This document shows, one piece after another, positions 8,838-18,206 of a DNA stretch of 27,741 nt; the stretch's first letter is position 1; each line of letters opens with the position of its first letter. The notes under the pieces are model-generated. The model made no database searches. It worked only from the letters and a program-made list of their open reading frames with translations, and was not told the DNA's origin. The stretch is from the IMG/VR virus record IMGVR_UViG_3300022177_000059, positions 1-27,741 of that record. The stretch is one strand, 5' to 3'. The stretch is from a virus. Its lineage: Duplodnaviria; Caudoviricetes. Made by a program: the position numbers and the translations under genes.

Positions 8838-9227
8838 TTAAGCTGTGAAAGTAGGCTTGCCTGTCAACTTGATAACTACTTCCCCTGTTACCTTGTCATC
8901 AACAGGATTATCAAAACTAACATCTTTTATAAATCCAGAACAAGCAAAAGTTCCTGCTCCTGAATCACTAAATAAAATAGTCCATGTATCACTAACTCCC
9001 ACTTTAGTAATAATAGTAGAAGCTACTGTTCCATCAAAATTAATTGATACAGATATTTCCCCTGCATTAATTAAGCCAGGAATAAATTCTCTCCATTTAT
9101 CTGTAGAAGCCATATCAGAAACATCTATTTCATCAACAGAAATTCCACTGATAGAAATATTTGTGATTTCCCCTATAGCTCCTGCTGTAGTCCCTGTAAG
9201 TGTTGCCCCATGTCCGATATTTGCCAT
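8838..9227 (-). CDS. Major tail tube protein
   Basis: GEITNISISGISVDEIDVSDM...WREFIPGLINAGEISV...IKLTGKP, typical of siphovirus tube proteins; synteny. Confidence 0.88.
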   Translation of the reverse strand: MANIGHGATLTGTTAGAIGEITNISISGISVDEIDVSDMASTDKWREFIPGLINAGEISVSINFDGTVASTIITKVGVSDTWTILFSDSGAGTFACSGFIKDVSFDNPVDDKVTGEVVIKLTGKPTFTA

Positions 9228-9320
9228 TGTTAAATATCCTTATATTAAGTGTTTATGTTTTCATATTTATTTCTCCCACATCTATTTTTATTCTTACATC
9301 AATTAACGTTATATATTTAC

Positions 9321-9347
9321 ATTCTGAATATCTTTGAAATATCCTTT
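9321..9347 (-). promoter_or_regulatory. sigmaH-type late promoter (tail tube)
   Basis: AAAGGATAT-N11-TCAGAAT with an upstream A-tract, in the intergenic gap. Confidence 0.6.
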
Positions 9348-9354
9348 ATTTTTT

Positions 9355-9777
9355 TTATAAATTATTATTGTAGTCAATAATAAAATCGATTCTTTTTCCG
9401 AACTTCTTACTGTCATCTTGTCCCGCAGAAAAATCTAATACTTCTCCTATGCTGTCTAAGTGTATCCACTCTATCAACTGTTCACCTGAAGGAGAATCTT
9501 TATCAGAATAATTATCAAGACAATCCAATATAGCATCCTTTAATATAATCGAATCATAATAGGAAGTAGTCCAACAAGTTACTTGCATTCTAATTCTTTC
9601 AAGATTTGAAATAGTTGTTAAAGTATAATCTCTTACTTCACTTATTATTTGATATACTATATAAGGCATAGAAGTATTTTCATCTGCAAGAACAGGATAA
9701 ATATTTTGTCCCACTATAGAAGCTATAGTAAAATCATTTATTAACATATCATATATTTTAGATTCTACATTAGGCAT
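9355..9777 (-). CDS. Tail completion/terminator protein (DUF3168-like)
   Basis: IYPVLA...PYIVYQIIS...RMQVTCW motif; synteny. Confidence 0.82.
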   Translation of the reverse strand: MPNVESKIYDMLINDFTIASIVGQNIYPVLADENTSMPYIVYQIISEVRDYTLTTISNLERIRMQVTCWTTSYYDSIILKDAILDCLDNYSDKDSPSGEQLIEWIHLDSIGEVLDFSAGQDDSKKFGKRIDFIIDYNNNL

Positions 9778-10228
9778 TATTAATTCCCTTCTTTATTTCA
9801 CTCTCGAAAGTATCTATTCTTTTTTGTTTTGTTTCATCTGCTGAAGTTCTCATAAAAGGAATTGCTTTTACAAAACTTCCATCCCTGCTTATATGTCCAT
9901 ATTCTATGGCCGCAGGAATAAAATTTTCTTTCCCTGCTTTTGATTTATCTATAAACTGCTCTGCTTTATTTTTATCTATTTGAACATTCAAAGCATAACT
10001 TCCTTTTTTTTGTTTCGGAGCTTGTATCTTTAGGCTATCAGAAATTTGTTTTCCCATTTCTCCCCCTACTAAAGATAGTGCTTTTTGTTTTGCTTCTGAT
10101 AGTTCTATCTTTTGAGCTTTTTTTACACTGTCTCTTACTACTTTTTTTGCTACTTTCTTTTCCATAGTCTTCAGCTTCTTTTCTATCTTATCTGCTCCCG
10201 ATATTTTTACTTTTAAATGTAATGCCAT
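9770..10228 (-). CDS. HK97 gp10-like neck/tail component
   Basis: ISGADKIEKKL...IEYGH...PFMR motifs. Confidence 0.85.
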   Translation of the reverse strand: MALHLKVKISGADKIEKKLKTMEKKVAKKVVRDSVKKAQKIELSEAKQKALSLVGGEMGKQISDSLKIQAPKQKKGSYALNVQIDKNKAEQFIDKSKAGKENFIPAAIEYGHISRDGSFVKAIPFMRTSADETKQKRIDTFESEIKKGINNA

Positions 10229-10229
10229 T

Positions 10230-10412
10230 TTATTTTACACTCTCTACTATTGTTTTACTTTTTTCTGTATCATACTGAGATAAAATATCATTTATTTCAG
10301 CTAATCTTTTTTCTAAGAATGCTTTTTCTTTTTTAATTGCTTCATAGTTAATTACTTTTATTACTGTTTCTGTTAATTCAATATTTCCATTATCTAATAT
10401 TTTTAAGCTCAT
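10230..10412 (-). CDS. Small coiled-coil hypothetical protein
   Basis: 60 aa; AAGGA RBS; tightly packed with neighbours. Confidence 0.65.
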   Translation of the reverse strand: MSLKILDNGNIELTETVIKVINYEAIKKEKAFLEKRLAEINDILSQYDTEKSKTIVESVK

Positions 10413-10428
10413 ATATTTTTATCCTTTT

Positions 10429-11409
10429 TTATGAATTTGAATAGTAAGTGCACACTCCATTTACAAAATTAAAATAGTGCATTACTAAATCATTGTCTCT
10501 TATATATACTGTTCCTGTATAACCTGTAGTAGTAATGTTATGACTTCTCACAATCAAAGAATCAATTAAGGCAGTAGGAGCAGATATAGATTCTTTAACG
10601 TATAATTTTGTAAGCTCTACTTCAGAATCCATTTTCCCTTTTTTATAAATTTGTAATAGTTCATCTGCTGTTAGTGCTCTATCATAAAATTGTATTTCAT
10701 CTAAGTAGCCAGTAAGTTTATTTAGCGTGCTTCCTCCACCTATTGAAAAGTATGTATTACTACTTGTGTTTAAAGTATGAGGATATCCACTACCTCCTAC
10801 AGATGTTAAAGTTTGTTGAATCCCATTAATCCATATTTGTACGTGGGCTGTTGTAGCGGCTCCTGAAGGAACTACTATAGCTACATGATACCAAGTAGTT
10901 GCCTGTAGTTGTGCAGAAGGAGTAGATACTCTATGGCCCCCCATGATTAAAGATATAGCTCTATTCTCCCAGCAGGCTAAAAGCCAGTCCCCTACAGCAT
11001 CCCCACCAGCTCCAACGATTCCACATACTGCTACATATTCTGTACTTGTATAAGCAGTCTTAATCCAAAAACAAAAAGTTCTTTCAAAATTGCCTACAGG
11101 AATTCCTGAATAGTTTGTAGTGCTTATAAAATTTGTTGCATTAAAATATAAACAATTGCCTAAAATACCTGAAGCTGAAGTGCATTCATTAGTTATATCT
11201 ATTTGCATATTGCCTACAGAATCTTCTATATATGAGTCTGAAGGATTGTCTTCATTTATATTACAATTAAAGTAAGCTACTAAATCAGATGAATCAGAAT
11301 ATCCAATTTGTGAAGTATGAACTTCTTTATATTTTTTATCTGTAGTTCCTAAAGATAAAGTATCATCTGTAGAAGGAACTTGATTAACATGATTAATTAT
11401 TTCTGACAT
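10429..11409 (-). CDS. LamG/concanavalin A-like lectin domain fibre protein
   Basis: TFCFWIK, WYHVAIV, IWING and GYLDEIQFYDRALTADE LamG motifs; fibre-like N-terminus PSTDDTLSLG. Confidence 0.85.
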   Translation of the reverse strand: MSEIINHVNQVPSTDDTLSLGTTDKKYKEVHTSQIGYSDSSDLVAYFNCNINEDNPSDSYIEDSVGNMQIDITNECTSASGILGNCLYFNATNFISTTNYSGIPVGNFERTFCFWIKTAYTSTEYVAVCGIVGAGGDAVGDWLLACWENRAISLIMGGHRVSTPSAQLQATTWYHVAIVVPSGAATTAHVQIWINGIQQTLTSVGGSGYPHTLNTSSNTYFSIGGGSTLNKLTGYLDEIQFYDRALTADELLQIYKKGKMDSEVELTKLYVKESISAPTALIDSLIVRSHNITTTGYTGTVYIRDNDLVMHYFNFVNGVCTYYSNS

Positions 11410-12929
11410 TATGTATAGCTCCTTATTAATTCTCCATTAACATAAAATTTTAAAGCTGAATCTTCATAAGTTATATAAGAATCTCCATTCCCATTATTAA
11501 CAGGAAAAGCAGGCCCCAAAGCTCCATAGAATTCCCCTGTAGCCCAATTATATACTTTTGAAAATTCTACTGCATTAGGATTTAGCCTGTAGTCCCCATT
11601 AGCTTTATCCATAAAAACATCTGAAGTAATATAAGTGCAATTTGTTTTTGTGCTTGTTACACCTGAATCTATTACTGCTCCATTAGATACACCTAAAACA
11701 CAATTATCAAAAGCAACTGTTACATAATTTGAGTCATCGACAGACACTATCTTTCCATTAGATTTATCATTATAGAAAAGGCAGTTATGAATATATTTTG
11801 CAAACATCGTTGTTGAATATTTATTCATAATCATATCAATTGTATTGTTTACAAAAATAAATCTTCCGCAAAGAAATTGACTATATCTATTAGTAAATAT
11901 TCCTACTGCACAATTTGAAATAATCATTCTATTTATATAAACATTTGTAAATGTTGTTATATACGCATTGGAAACACTTAATCCATAATAGCAATTATCT
12001 ATATGAATTTGCTCCATAATAGGAGAAAAAGGTCTTACTGTAGCAAATCCAACTCCTCCATTTGCTATATATATTTTTTTAAATCTTCCTGCTGTATTTA
12101 TATCTGCATAAGTATAAGCATTAACATACAAACAATAATAACTTGCAGAATTCGGAATTGAATTAATTATTTCTACTGTTCCCCAAGTGCAAATAATATA
12201 ATCGTTAGAATAGTCTCCTATTCTCACTACATAAGGTGTTATATTGTTTCCATCAAAATTTACTTTATCAATTTTACATTGTGTAGTTTGAACAGTATCA
12301 TCTCCTACTCCACTTTGCATATAAAACATTACTGTATTTGCTCCCCAAGTGCTTCCAGTTTTTGCTTTTATTTTTGGAAACAAATCATCATCTGAAAGCA
12401 GTTGCCCTGTAGTATCATTTACACCTTGTATATCTATAGTATAACCTTGTGTAACTAATAATACTTGATTTGCACTTCCATCAACTTCATTTATTGTTTG
12501 AGTAGTTTGATTAGCAGGCAATAATAATTTTGAACCTGAAGAATCATAAGCTAATAGTGCCGCAACTGAAGGAGTTTTTAAAGCTCCACCTATAGTAATA
12601 TTTGATACTGAATCATTTGATACATAATCTAAATTTATATCAAAGTAGTCTCCGTCTTCTATATCTGCTGTTACTTCATAATGTCCACTTGCATAGTAAG
12701 TTTGTGCTTCTAAATAAACAAGCATTCCTTGTTTTGGATATACACTTAAATTTGTCCCACAAGTGATTCTGCACTTTCCATTATTACCTTGTGTTATTGT
12801 TCCACCTGCATAAGTAGCTTGATAACTAAAATTATTATGCCATTCTGCCCAAGTGCCTGTATAGTTGGAAGTATATCCACCTCCATTAGTATCTGCCCCT
12901 GAAGGATGTAATATAATATTATTAGCCAT
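11409..12929 (-). CDS. Right-handed beta-helix (pectin lyase-like) appendage/spike protein
   Basis: Repeating I.NC..G strands; C-terminal FMDKANGDYRL cap motif. Confidence 0.65.
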   Translation of the reverse strand: MANNIILHPSGADTNGGGYTSNYTGTWAEWHNNFSYQATYAGGTITQGNNGKCRITCGTNLSVYPKQGMLVYLEAQTYYASGHYEVTADIEDGDYFDINLDYVSNDSVSNITIGGALKTPSVAALLAYDSSGSKLLLPANQTTQTINEVDGSANQVLLVTQGYTIDIQGVNDTTGQLLSDDDLFPKIKAKTGSTWGANTVMFYMQSGVGDDTVQTTQCKIDKVNFDGNNITPYVVRIGDYSNDYIICTWGTVEIINSIPNSASYYCLYVNAYTYADINTAGRFKKIYIANGGVGFATVRPFSPIMEQIHIDNCYYGLSVSNAYITTFTNVYINRMIISNCAVGIFTNRYSQFLCGRFIFVNNTIDMIMNKYSTTMFAKYIHNCLFYNDKSNGKIVSVDDSNYVTVAFDNCVLGVSNGAVIDSGVTSTKTNCTYITSDVFMDKANGDYRLNPNAVEFSKVYNWATGEFYGALGPAFPVNNGNGDSYITYEDSALKFYVNGELIRSYT

Positions 12930-13185
12930 TGTAAATTACTTGCTCCCCATCATAACTATAATTCATCCATAAACTTTCAGGAATAGAATTTTGTATAAGC
13001 CACTGTGTAAGAATTTTATTGTATAAAATTCCTATTACTTCTCCCCTTATTTGACGTAGTGCAACTTTTTGTTCTAAGCTAATTCCTTTTGATAACTCTA
13101 TATCAATATTTTCCAAAGTATCAAAAGTAGGACTTTGTAAATCGTATTGAGTTCTGTATTTAATTATCAATTCTTGTATTGTCAT
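12922..13185 (-). CDS. Hypothetical protein
   Basis: 87 aa; overlaps or abuts neighbours. Confidence 0.6.
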   Translation of the reverse strand: MTIQELIIKYRTQYDLQSPTFDTLENIDIELSKGISLEQKVALRQIRGEVIGILYNKILTQWLIQNSIPESLWMNYSYDGEQVIYNG

Positions 13186-13187
13186 AA

Positions 13188-13385
13188 TTATTTTAATTGC
13201 TCTAATTTTTCTTTTATATATTTTTGATTAGCACTAACTATTTTTTTATGTCTTGCAACTATAGATTCTGTATCAATATCTTTTGCTTCTTTATCTGTTC
13301 GCAAAACTATTTTTGTATCTTTATCTTCAAGAATAAGAATCTTATTCAATTCATCTTTTTTACTTTTTATTTCTTTTATATTCAT
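13188..13385 (-). CDS. Hypothetical charged protein
   Basis: 65 aa; GGAG RBS; TAATG overlap with the upstream mini-ORF. Confidence 0.6.
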   Translation of the reverse strand: MNIKEIKSKKDELNKILILEDKDTKIVLRTDKEAKDIDTESIVARHKKIVSANQKYIKEKLEQLK

Positions 13386-13486
13386 TAGCTTATATCTCCA
13401 CTGTCTAAAGATTCTACTAAAGTTCCATCTACATAAATTTCTATCTTATTTGTTTCTGCATTATATTGTATATAAGTATCATTCAT
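13385..13486 (-). CDS. Unannotated 33-aa ORF (MNDTYIQYNAETNKIEIYVDGTLVESLDSGDIS)
   Basis: Fills the gap exactly; TAATG coupling; resembles the C-terminus of ORF 11409-12929. Confidence 0.6.
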   Translation of the reverse strand: MNDTYIQYNAETNKIEIYVDGTLVESLDSGDIS

Positions 13487-13490
13487 TTTT

Positions 13491-15224
13491 TTATCCGTTA
13501 AAGATTAGTCTCCATCCTGATTTTAGGATAAGATTATTATTATCATCTATAGTTATTCCTGTTTCTTCTATAGTATCTTGTGTATCAAGTTTTGTTTTTG
13601 TTACTGCATTATCATAGATAAAAGAAAAAGCTCCCCCTGCTCCACTTGTGCCACTGCTTCCTGAAGAACCTGAAGTTCCTGAAGCCCCTGTAAGTCCACT
13701 ACTTCCAGAAGTTCCACTTATTCCTGAAGAACCTGAAGTTCCTGAAGCTCCTGTAAGTCCACTGCTTCCTGAAGTTCCACTAATACCTGAAGAACCAGAA
13801 GTTCCTGAAGCCCCACTTGTGCCACTACTACCTGAAGTTCCTGAAGCTCCTGTAAGTCCACTGCTTCCTGAAGTTCCACTAATACCTGAAGAACCAGAAG
13901 TTCCTGAAACTCCACTTATCCCACTACTGCCTGAAGTTCCACTGCTTCCTGAAGAACCTGAAGTTCCTCTTGTGCCACTGCTTCCTGAAGTTCCACTTGT
14001 TCCTGATACACCTGAAGAACCTGAAGTTCCACTTGTGCCACTACTTCCACTTGTTCCTGTTTCTCCCCCACCAATTCCACTTGTTCCTGAAGAACCTGAA
14101 GTTCCTGAAGCCCCATCTTTTCCCACTATTGATATATAGTAGTCAACATTATATGTTAGTGCTTCACTGCCACTTATATAAGTTACTACTAAATCAAAAT
14201 ATGAACTTTCTTCTGTAATAGAATCAATATCATATAAAGCATAAGTGCTTAAATCAGATACAATAATTCTGAATGTAGGAAACAAATTTATCCATGCAGA
14301 AATATTTTGTCCTGCTTTATTATACTTACTTATTCTAAATAGTTCTATACCGCTTACACTATGTTCACTTTGTAATGAAGAAGAAGAAGGAATAATTTTC
14401 CCTGAAGCAGGACTTTCATAACTTATATCATATCCATCTACATAATTTGAATCAGTAAAAACATTTACTGAAGAAAATCCACTAACACCTGAAGAACCTG
14501 AAGTTCCTGATATACCTGTTAATCCACTGCTTCCACTTGTTCCACTAACACCTGAAGAACCAGAAGTTCCTGAAGCCCCACTTGTTCCACTGCTTCCTGA
14601 AGTTCCTGATATGCCTGAAGCTCCACTTGTTCCACTGCTCCCTGAAGTTCCTGATATGCCTGAAGCTCCACTTGTCCCACTGCTTCCTGAAGTCCCACTT
14701 ACTCCACTACCTCCAGCACTTCCAATATCTACACTTGAACTTATCCAACAATCTTGTAAATTTGTCCCTGTATATGTAGTAGAATTCCTTGTATAGATTA
14801 TCCATTCATCTGTATCAAGAAAAGTATATCCTGCTTCTTCAGTAACATAATTTACTAACTCTGCTGTATGCCCACTACTATCTATTTCTGTATCTGTAGA
14901 ATCAACAGGATAAATTACTTTTGCTTTTACAATTTGATATGTCTTCTTCAAATCATAATTGATAACTTCTACTACTTCAAAATATTCATTATTAAAATAG
15001 ATTCTATCTTTATAGTTGATTGTCCCATTATATCTTATAGTTATGCTGTGTGTTATTTCGTGTGTTTCCTGCTGTCCCTGTTCTTCTAACTTACTTGTAA
15101 CAGGCTTTATATCTGCCCATACTGTAGCATAAGTAGTCCATAGCTTAGATACTTCTCCAATACTATTTTTTACACTCACATAATTTTGTAAACTAATATA
15201 ATGTCTAAGTTTTCCGATTTGCAT
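13491..15224 (-). CDS. Head-closure (SPP1 gp16-like) protein fused to Gly-X-Ser/Thr repeat fibre
   Basis: N-terminus MQIGKLRHYISLQ...WTTYATVWADI...HSITIRY...DRIYF; two GXX repeat blocks. Confidence 0.85.
   Translation of the reverse strand: MQIGKLRHYISLQNYVSVKNSIGEVSKLWTTYATVWADIKPVTSKLEEQGQQETHEITHSITIRYNGTINYKDRIYFNNEYFEVVEVINYDLKKTYQIVKAKVIYPVDSTDTEIDSSGHTAELVNYVTEEAGYTFLDTDEWIIYTRNSTTYTGTNLQDCWISSSVDIGSAGGSGVSGTSGSSGTSGASGISGTSGSSGTSGASGISGTSGSSGTSGASGTSGSSGVSGTSGSSGLTGISGTSGSSGVSGFSSVNVFTDSNYVDGYDISYESPASGKIIPSSSSLQSEHSVSGIELFRISKYNKAGQNISAWINLFPTFRIIVSDLSTYALYDIDSITEESSYFDLVVTYISGSEALTYNVDYYISIVGKDGASGTSGSSGTSGIGGGETGTSGSSGTSGTSGSSGVSGTSGTSGSSGTRGTSGSSGSSGTSGSSGISGVSGTSGSSGISGTSGSSGLTGASGTSGSSGTSGASGTSGSSGISGTSGSSGLTGASGTSGSSGISGTSGSSGLTGASGTSGSSGSSGTSGAGGAFSFIYDNAVTKTKLDTQDTIEETGITIDDNNNLILKSGWRLIFNG
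13626..14123 (-). repeat. Gly-X-X coding repeat block 2 (>50 triplets; 21-aa unit GTSGSSGISGTSGSSGLTGAS x3)
   Basis: 9-bp periodicity, e.g. cctgaagtt/ccactgctt/cctgaagaa; one single-residue interruption (GIG-G-GET). Confidence 0.95.
14472..14723 (-). repeat. Gly-X-X coding repeat block 1 (28 uninterrupted triplets)
   Basis: GSA GGS GVS GTS GSS ... GFS. Confidence 0.95.
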
Positions 15225-15815
15225 TTATATAAATACTCTTTCATTCAATAAACATTTTGCCGAAAAAGGAATTTCACTTGTTATAGTTCCTGTAATAAAA
15301 TTTTCCCTGTTCTCAAATAATGCTCCTAAAATAAGTTTAATTGATGCTTTAACTCTTGCCGGAATTGAATCTGTAGAAGAAGGATTAGATTCATAACCTG
15401 CTTCATAAGTAACACGAACAGGATTAGGATAATCACTATTGACTGTAGGCAAAGAAGCACTTGAAGATATATATACAAAAGAAGGACAAGAATAATTGTC
15501 AAGTGTATATAAAGAAGAATCTAAAGTTTGTTCAACTTCATTATCATCTATATAAGTAATAGAAGAAATACTTTGAACAGGATTGCAAGGCAATATTAAT
15601 TTTGAATCAAAAGAATCATAACAAGCAACTATAGTTTGATTGCAATATTTTCGATTCTCATAAATTTCACAATATTCAGTTGAAGCCTGAATTAAAGATT
15701 CTATTAAAGTATCTTCTGTAGTGTCTGTTATTCTTAAATGTTCTTTAGCTTCAGTTAAACTAATAGGATAAGAAGTAGGAGCACTTGATACTATATATGT
15801 ATTTGCATAAGCCAT
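15225..15815 (-). CDS. Head-tail connector (HK97 gp6/phiE125 gp8-like)
   Basis: PISLTEAKEHLRI...DTLIESLI...VRVTYEAGY...LFENRE. Confidence 0.9.
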   Translation of the reverse strand: MAYANTYIVSSAPTSYPISLTEAKEHLRITDTTEDTLIESLIQASTEYCEIYENRKYCNQTIVACYDSFDSKLILPCNPVQSISSITYIDDNEVEQTLDSSLYTLDNYSCPSFVYISSSASLPTVNSDYPNPVRVTYEAGYESNPSSTDSIPARVKASIKLILGALFENRENFITGTITSEIPFSAKCLLNERVFI

Positions 15816-15842
15816 TTTATAGCCTTGTAAAATTGTTAATGT

Positions 15843-15881
15843 ATATAAATAGTAGAGGAGTTTTTAAGGCTCCTCTACTAT
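15843..15881 (-). terminator. Hairpin/terminator after the major capsid gene
   Basis: Perfect 12-bp inverted repeat ATAGTAGAGGAG/CTCCTCTACTAT (15849-15881); imperfect U-tract, so probably leaky. Confidence 0.75.
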
Positions 15882-15905
15882 AAAACTAAAGGAGCAAAAC
15901 GGCTA

Positions 15906-17252
15906 TTAAGCCGATGGGTCATCTGAAGCAAGTGTAATAAATGGACTTACTGTGGCTGTCCCATTCTTTGGAGTAACAGCACTTGATACCCATGTTTTAC
16001 CGTCTATCTCGAATACAAACCTAAAAGCCGATTCTCTATAATCAAATCTTAAATGAATTGACATTGCAGAATTTACAGCCCCACGTAAACCAACTAAGTA
16101 AGACTTCATATCGGCCAATATAATATCTCCTGCTGTGCCAGGTGCAGAGCAATACTCTAATGGAATAATAGGACGACCCTTTAAAGTATTCTTTTCAGCA
16201 TTATAAATCATTGAAGAAAAACCACCTACTGTAGTAGTTCCACCTACATCAGTAAGAACTACATTCAGACTATCAAGATAATTTTCAAGTTCTTGATTAA
16301 TAAACCATGCAGAATTAGCTCTACTTCTTACAGGCATTCTTGACCACATTTTAGTAATGTTAGTACTAATTAATGTTCCTTCAGTCTGTCCTGTTTCTCT
16401 GTCAACTTCAATTAAAGCTCCACTTGATAGAATACCTGTAGGTTTTCCGTCTCCATTACCACTTACAATAGCGTCTCCAACTTTAAAGCTAATTTCGTCT
16501 ATAGCAGCCCTTGTTATAAATTGGTCTAAAGCCCTTGTATTATTTAACAGTTTATCAGTTACATATACCAATATACCCAATTCTTTTGGCTCTACTTTAA
16601 CCTGTCTAAGTTTTGCTTTTGAAGAAGTAATTTTATCACCTTCTGCTAACCAATAACCTTGAACACCACCCCACCTTGAACCATCAGCACGAGAACTTTC
16701 ATCGACTGCCGGGAATGTTAAAGAATCATTGCCTTGTTCAACAGTGTAATTGTCAGTCATCGAAAGCAAACTTTCGGACTGTGCCTGCACACCGTCATAT
16801 ATAACCTGAGAATAAGCAGGAGGACAAGCATAGCCACCGTCTGTTCCGGTCATACTCATACCACTAACAGAAGCACTAATTTTTAAACGTTCATCTAACT
16901 GCTTAATATTTGGATTGCCGGCATCAATAACAGCCTTAGCAAATTCACCCATGCTTTTGAATCCGTGTTTCTGGTCTTTCAATAAAGCAGGTTCACCACC
17001 TGATATTTTACCTTCTCCACTTATTTCAAGCCCTTCTGTTTTATCTGCCGGAAGTGTTTTAACTTGTTCTTCTAATTTTTCCATTCTCTCAATTCTTTTA
17101 TTCATAGAATCTACAGAAGCAAGATATTCATTATATTGTGTCTGCTCTTCTGCTGTCATATCTCTATTTTCTTTTTCTGCATTTTCTACTATTGACTGTG
17201 CTTTACTAAGTGTTTCTTTTTTGTCTTTTCTTAACTTAAATAATTCTTTCAT
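15906..17252 (-). CDS. Major capsid protein, HK97 fold, with N-terminal delta domain
   Basis: Coiled-coil N-terminus; DGGYACP, WLAEG, GNGDGKPTGIL and LKGRPII motifs. Confidence 0.95.
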   Translation of the reverse strand: MKELFKLRKDKKETLSKAQSIVENAEKENRDMTAEEQTQYNEYLASVDSMNKRIERMEKLEEQVKTLPADKTEGLEISGEGKISGGEPALLKDQKHGFKSMGEFAKAVIDAGNPNIKQLDERLKISASVSGMSMTGTDGGYACPPAYSQVIYDGVQAQSESLLSMTDNYTVEQGNDSLTFPAVDESSRADGSRWGGVQGYWLAEGDKITSSKAKLRQVKVEPKELGILVYVTDKLLNNTRALDQFITRAAIDEISFKVGDAIVSGNGDGKPTGILSSGALIEVDRETGQTEGTLISTNITKMWSRMPVRSRANSAWFINQELENYLDSLNVVLTDVGGTTTVGGFSSMIYNAEKNTLKGRPIIPLEYCSAPGTAGDIILADMKSYLVGLRGAVNSAMSIHLRFDYRESAFRFVFEIDGKTWVSSAVTPKNGTATVSPFITLASDDPSA

Positions 17253-17336
17253 TGTAATTATCCCTTATAATATATTTTTTTATAATAATTAGTATTGAGC
17301 TTCCGCTCATTTCTATAAATTTAAATTGATTAAAGA

Positions 17337-18206
17337 CTACCGCCTTTTTTCAATTTCCAACGTTGCTTTATTTATATTCGATTTAACTTTTGAAATTCCT
17401 TCTTTTTTATTTTGTAAGTTTGAAATTACTTCTTCAAGTGTTCCTATTCTATCTATCATTCCAACTTCTAAAGCCTGTCTTGTGTTTAATAATCTGCCTT
17501 GTCCAAAAGTAGATTTTACTTTTGAAGCACTTATCCCCCTGTTTCTTGCTACGTCTAAAACAAATTTATCATACATTTCGTTTATTTGATTTTGTAAATA
17601 TTCTTTTGCTGAATCAGATATAGGCTGAGTAGGATTGAGTTCTGTTTTATTTTCTCCGGCCTGAATGAATGTATATTTAACTCCCATAGTTTCTAATGCT
17701 TTTGAGTAGTCAATATGGCAGGTGTAAGTTCCGACACTTCCCACAAATCCAGACGGCAAAACAATTATTTCATCTGCCGCACTTGCTACATAATATGCCG
17801 CACTTGCCATTAAATCTTCTCCAACTGCAATAATAGGTTTTATCCCTCTTGCCTTATATATTTTTTCCGATAGTTCCCCTGCTCCTATGGCATTACCTCC
17901 CCCACTATCTACAACAATTATTATTGCTCCTATACTTGCATCAGCTAAAGCAGTATCGAACCACTGCCCATATTCCTTATATGAAGTTCCAAAAAGGATA
18001 GTTTCAATCGTTACCTGATTATCAAGCAAACCTTTTAAAGGTAATACTGCAATACTGCCTTTAATATTTTTGAATGAAGTAGCTTTCTTTACTGCTTCCA
18101 TAATTTCTTCTGCTTTTTTCGTGTCAATTGTCCAACTTATATTTTCATAGTGTTTTAAATAAGAAGGTTCAATTGCCCATATATTCGTAGTATTTTTAAT
18201 TTTCAT
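17337..18206 (-). CDS. Prohead protease, S49 (SppA-like) family
   Basis: DSGGG, MASAAYYVAS, VGSVG and AGENK motifs; lies between portal and capsid. Confidence 0.93.
   Translation of the reverse strand: MKIKNTTNIWAIEPSYLKHYENISWTIDTKKAEEIMEAVKKATSFKNIKGSIAVLPLKGLLDNQVTIETILFGTSYKEYGQWFDTALADASIGAIIIVVDSGGGNAIGAGELSEKIYKARGIKPIIAVGEDLMASAAYYVASAADEIIVLPSGFVGSVGTYTCHIDYSKALETMGVKYTFIQAGENKTELNPTQPISDSAKEYLQNQINEMYDKFVLDVARNRGISASKVKSTFGQGRLLNTRQALEVGMIDRIGTLEEVISNLQNKKEGISKVKSNINKATLEIEKRR
17376..17402 (-). promoter_or_regulatory. sigmaH-type late promoter inside the protease gene, upstream of capsid
   Basis: GAAGGAATT-N11-ATCGAAT with an upstream A-tract. Confidence 0.65.

Noticed and set aside
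13626-14723. Repeat blocks as a CRISPR array or DGR template/variable pair
   Set aside because: 9-bp coding periodicity with synonymous variation; no unique spacers, cas genes or reverse transcriptase
13648-14796. Pro/Glu-rich + strand ORFs and alternative-frame ORFs over the repeats (e.g. 13648-14139)
   Set aside because: Shadows of the GXX repeat, which lacks stops in other frames; no RBS
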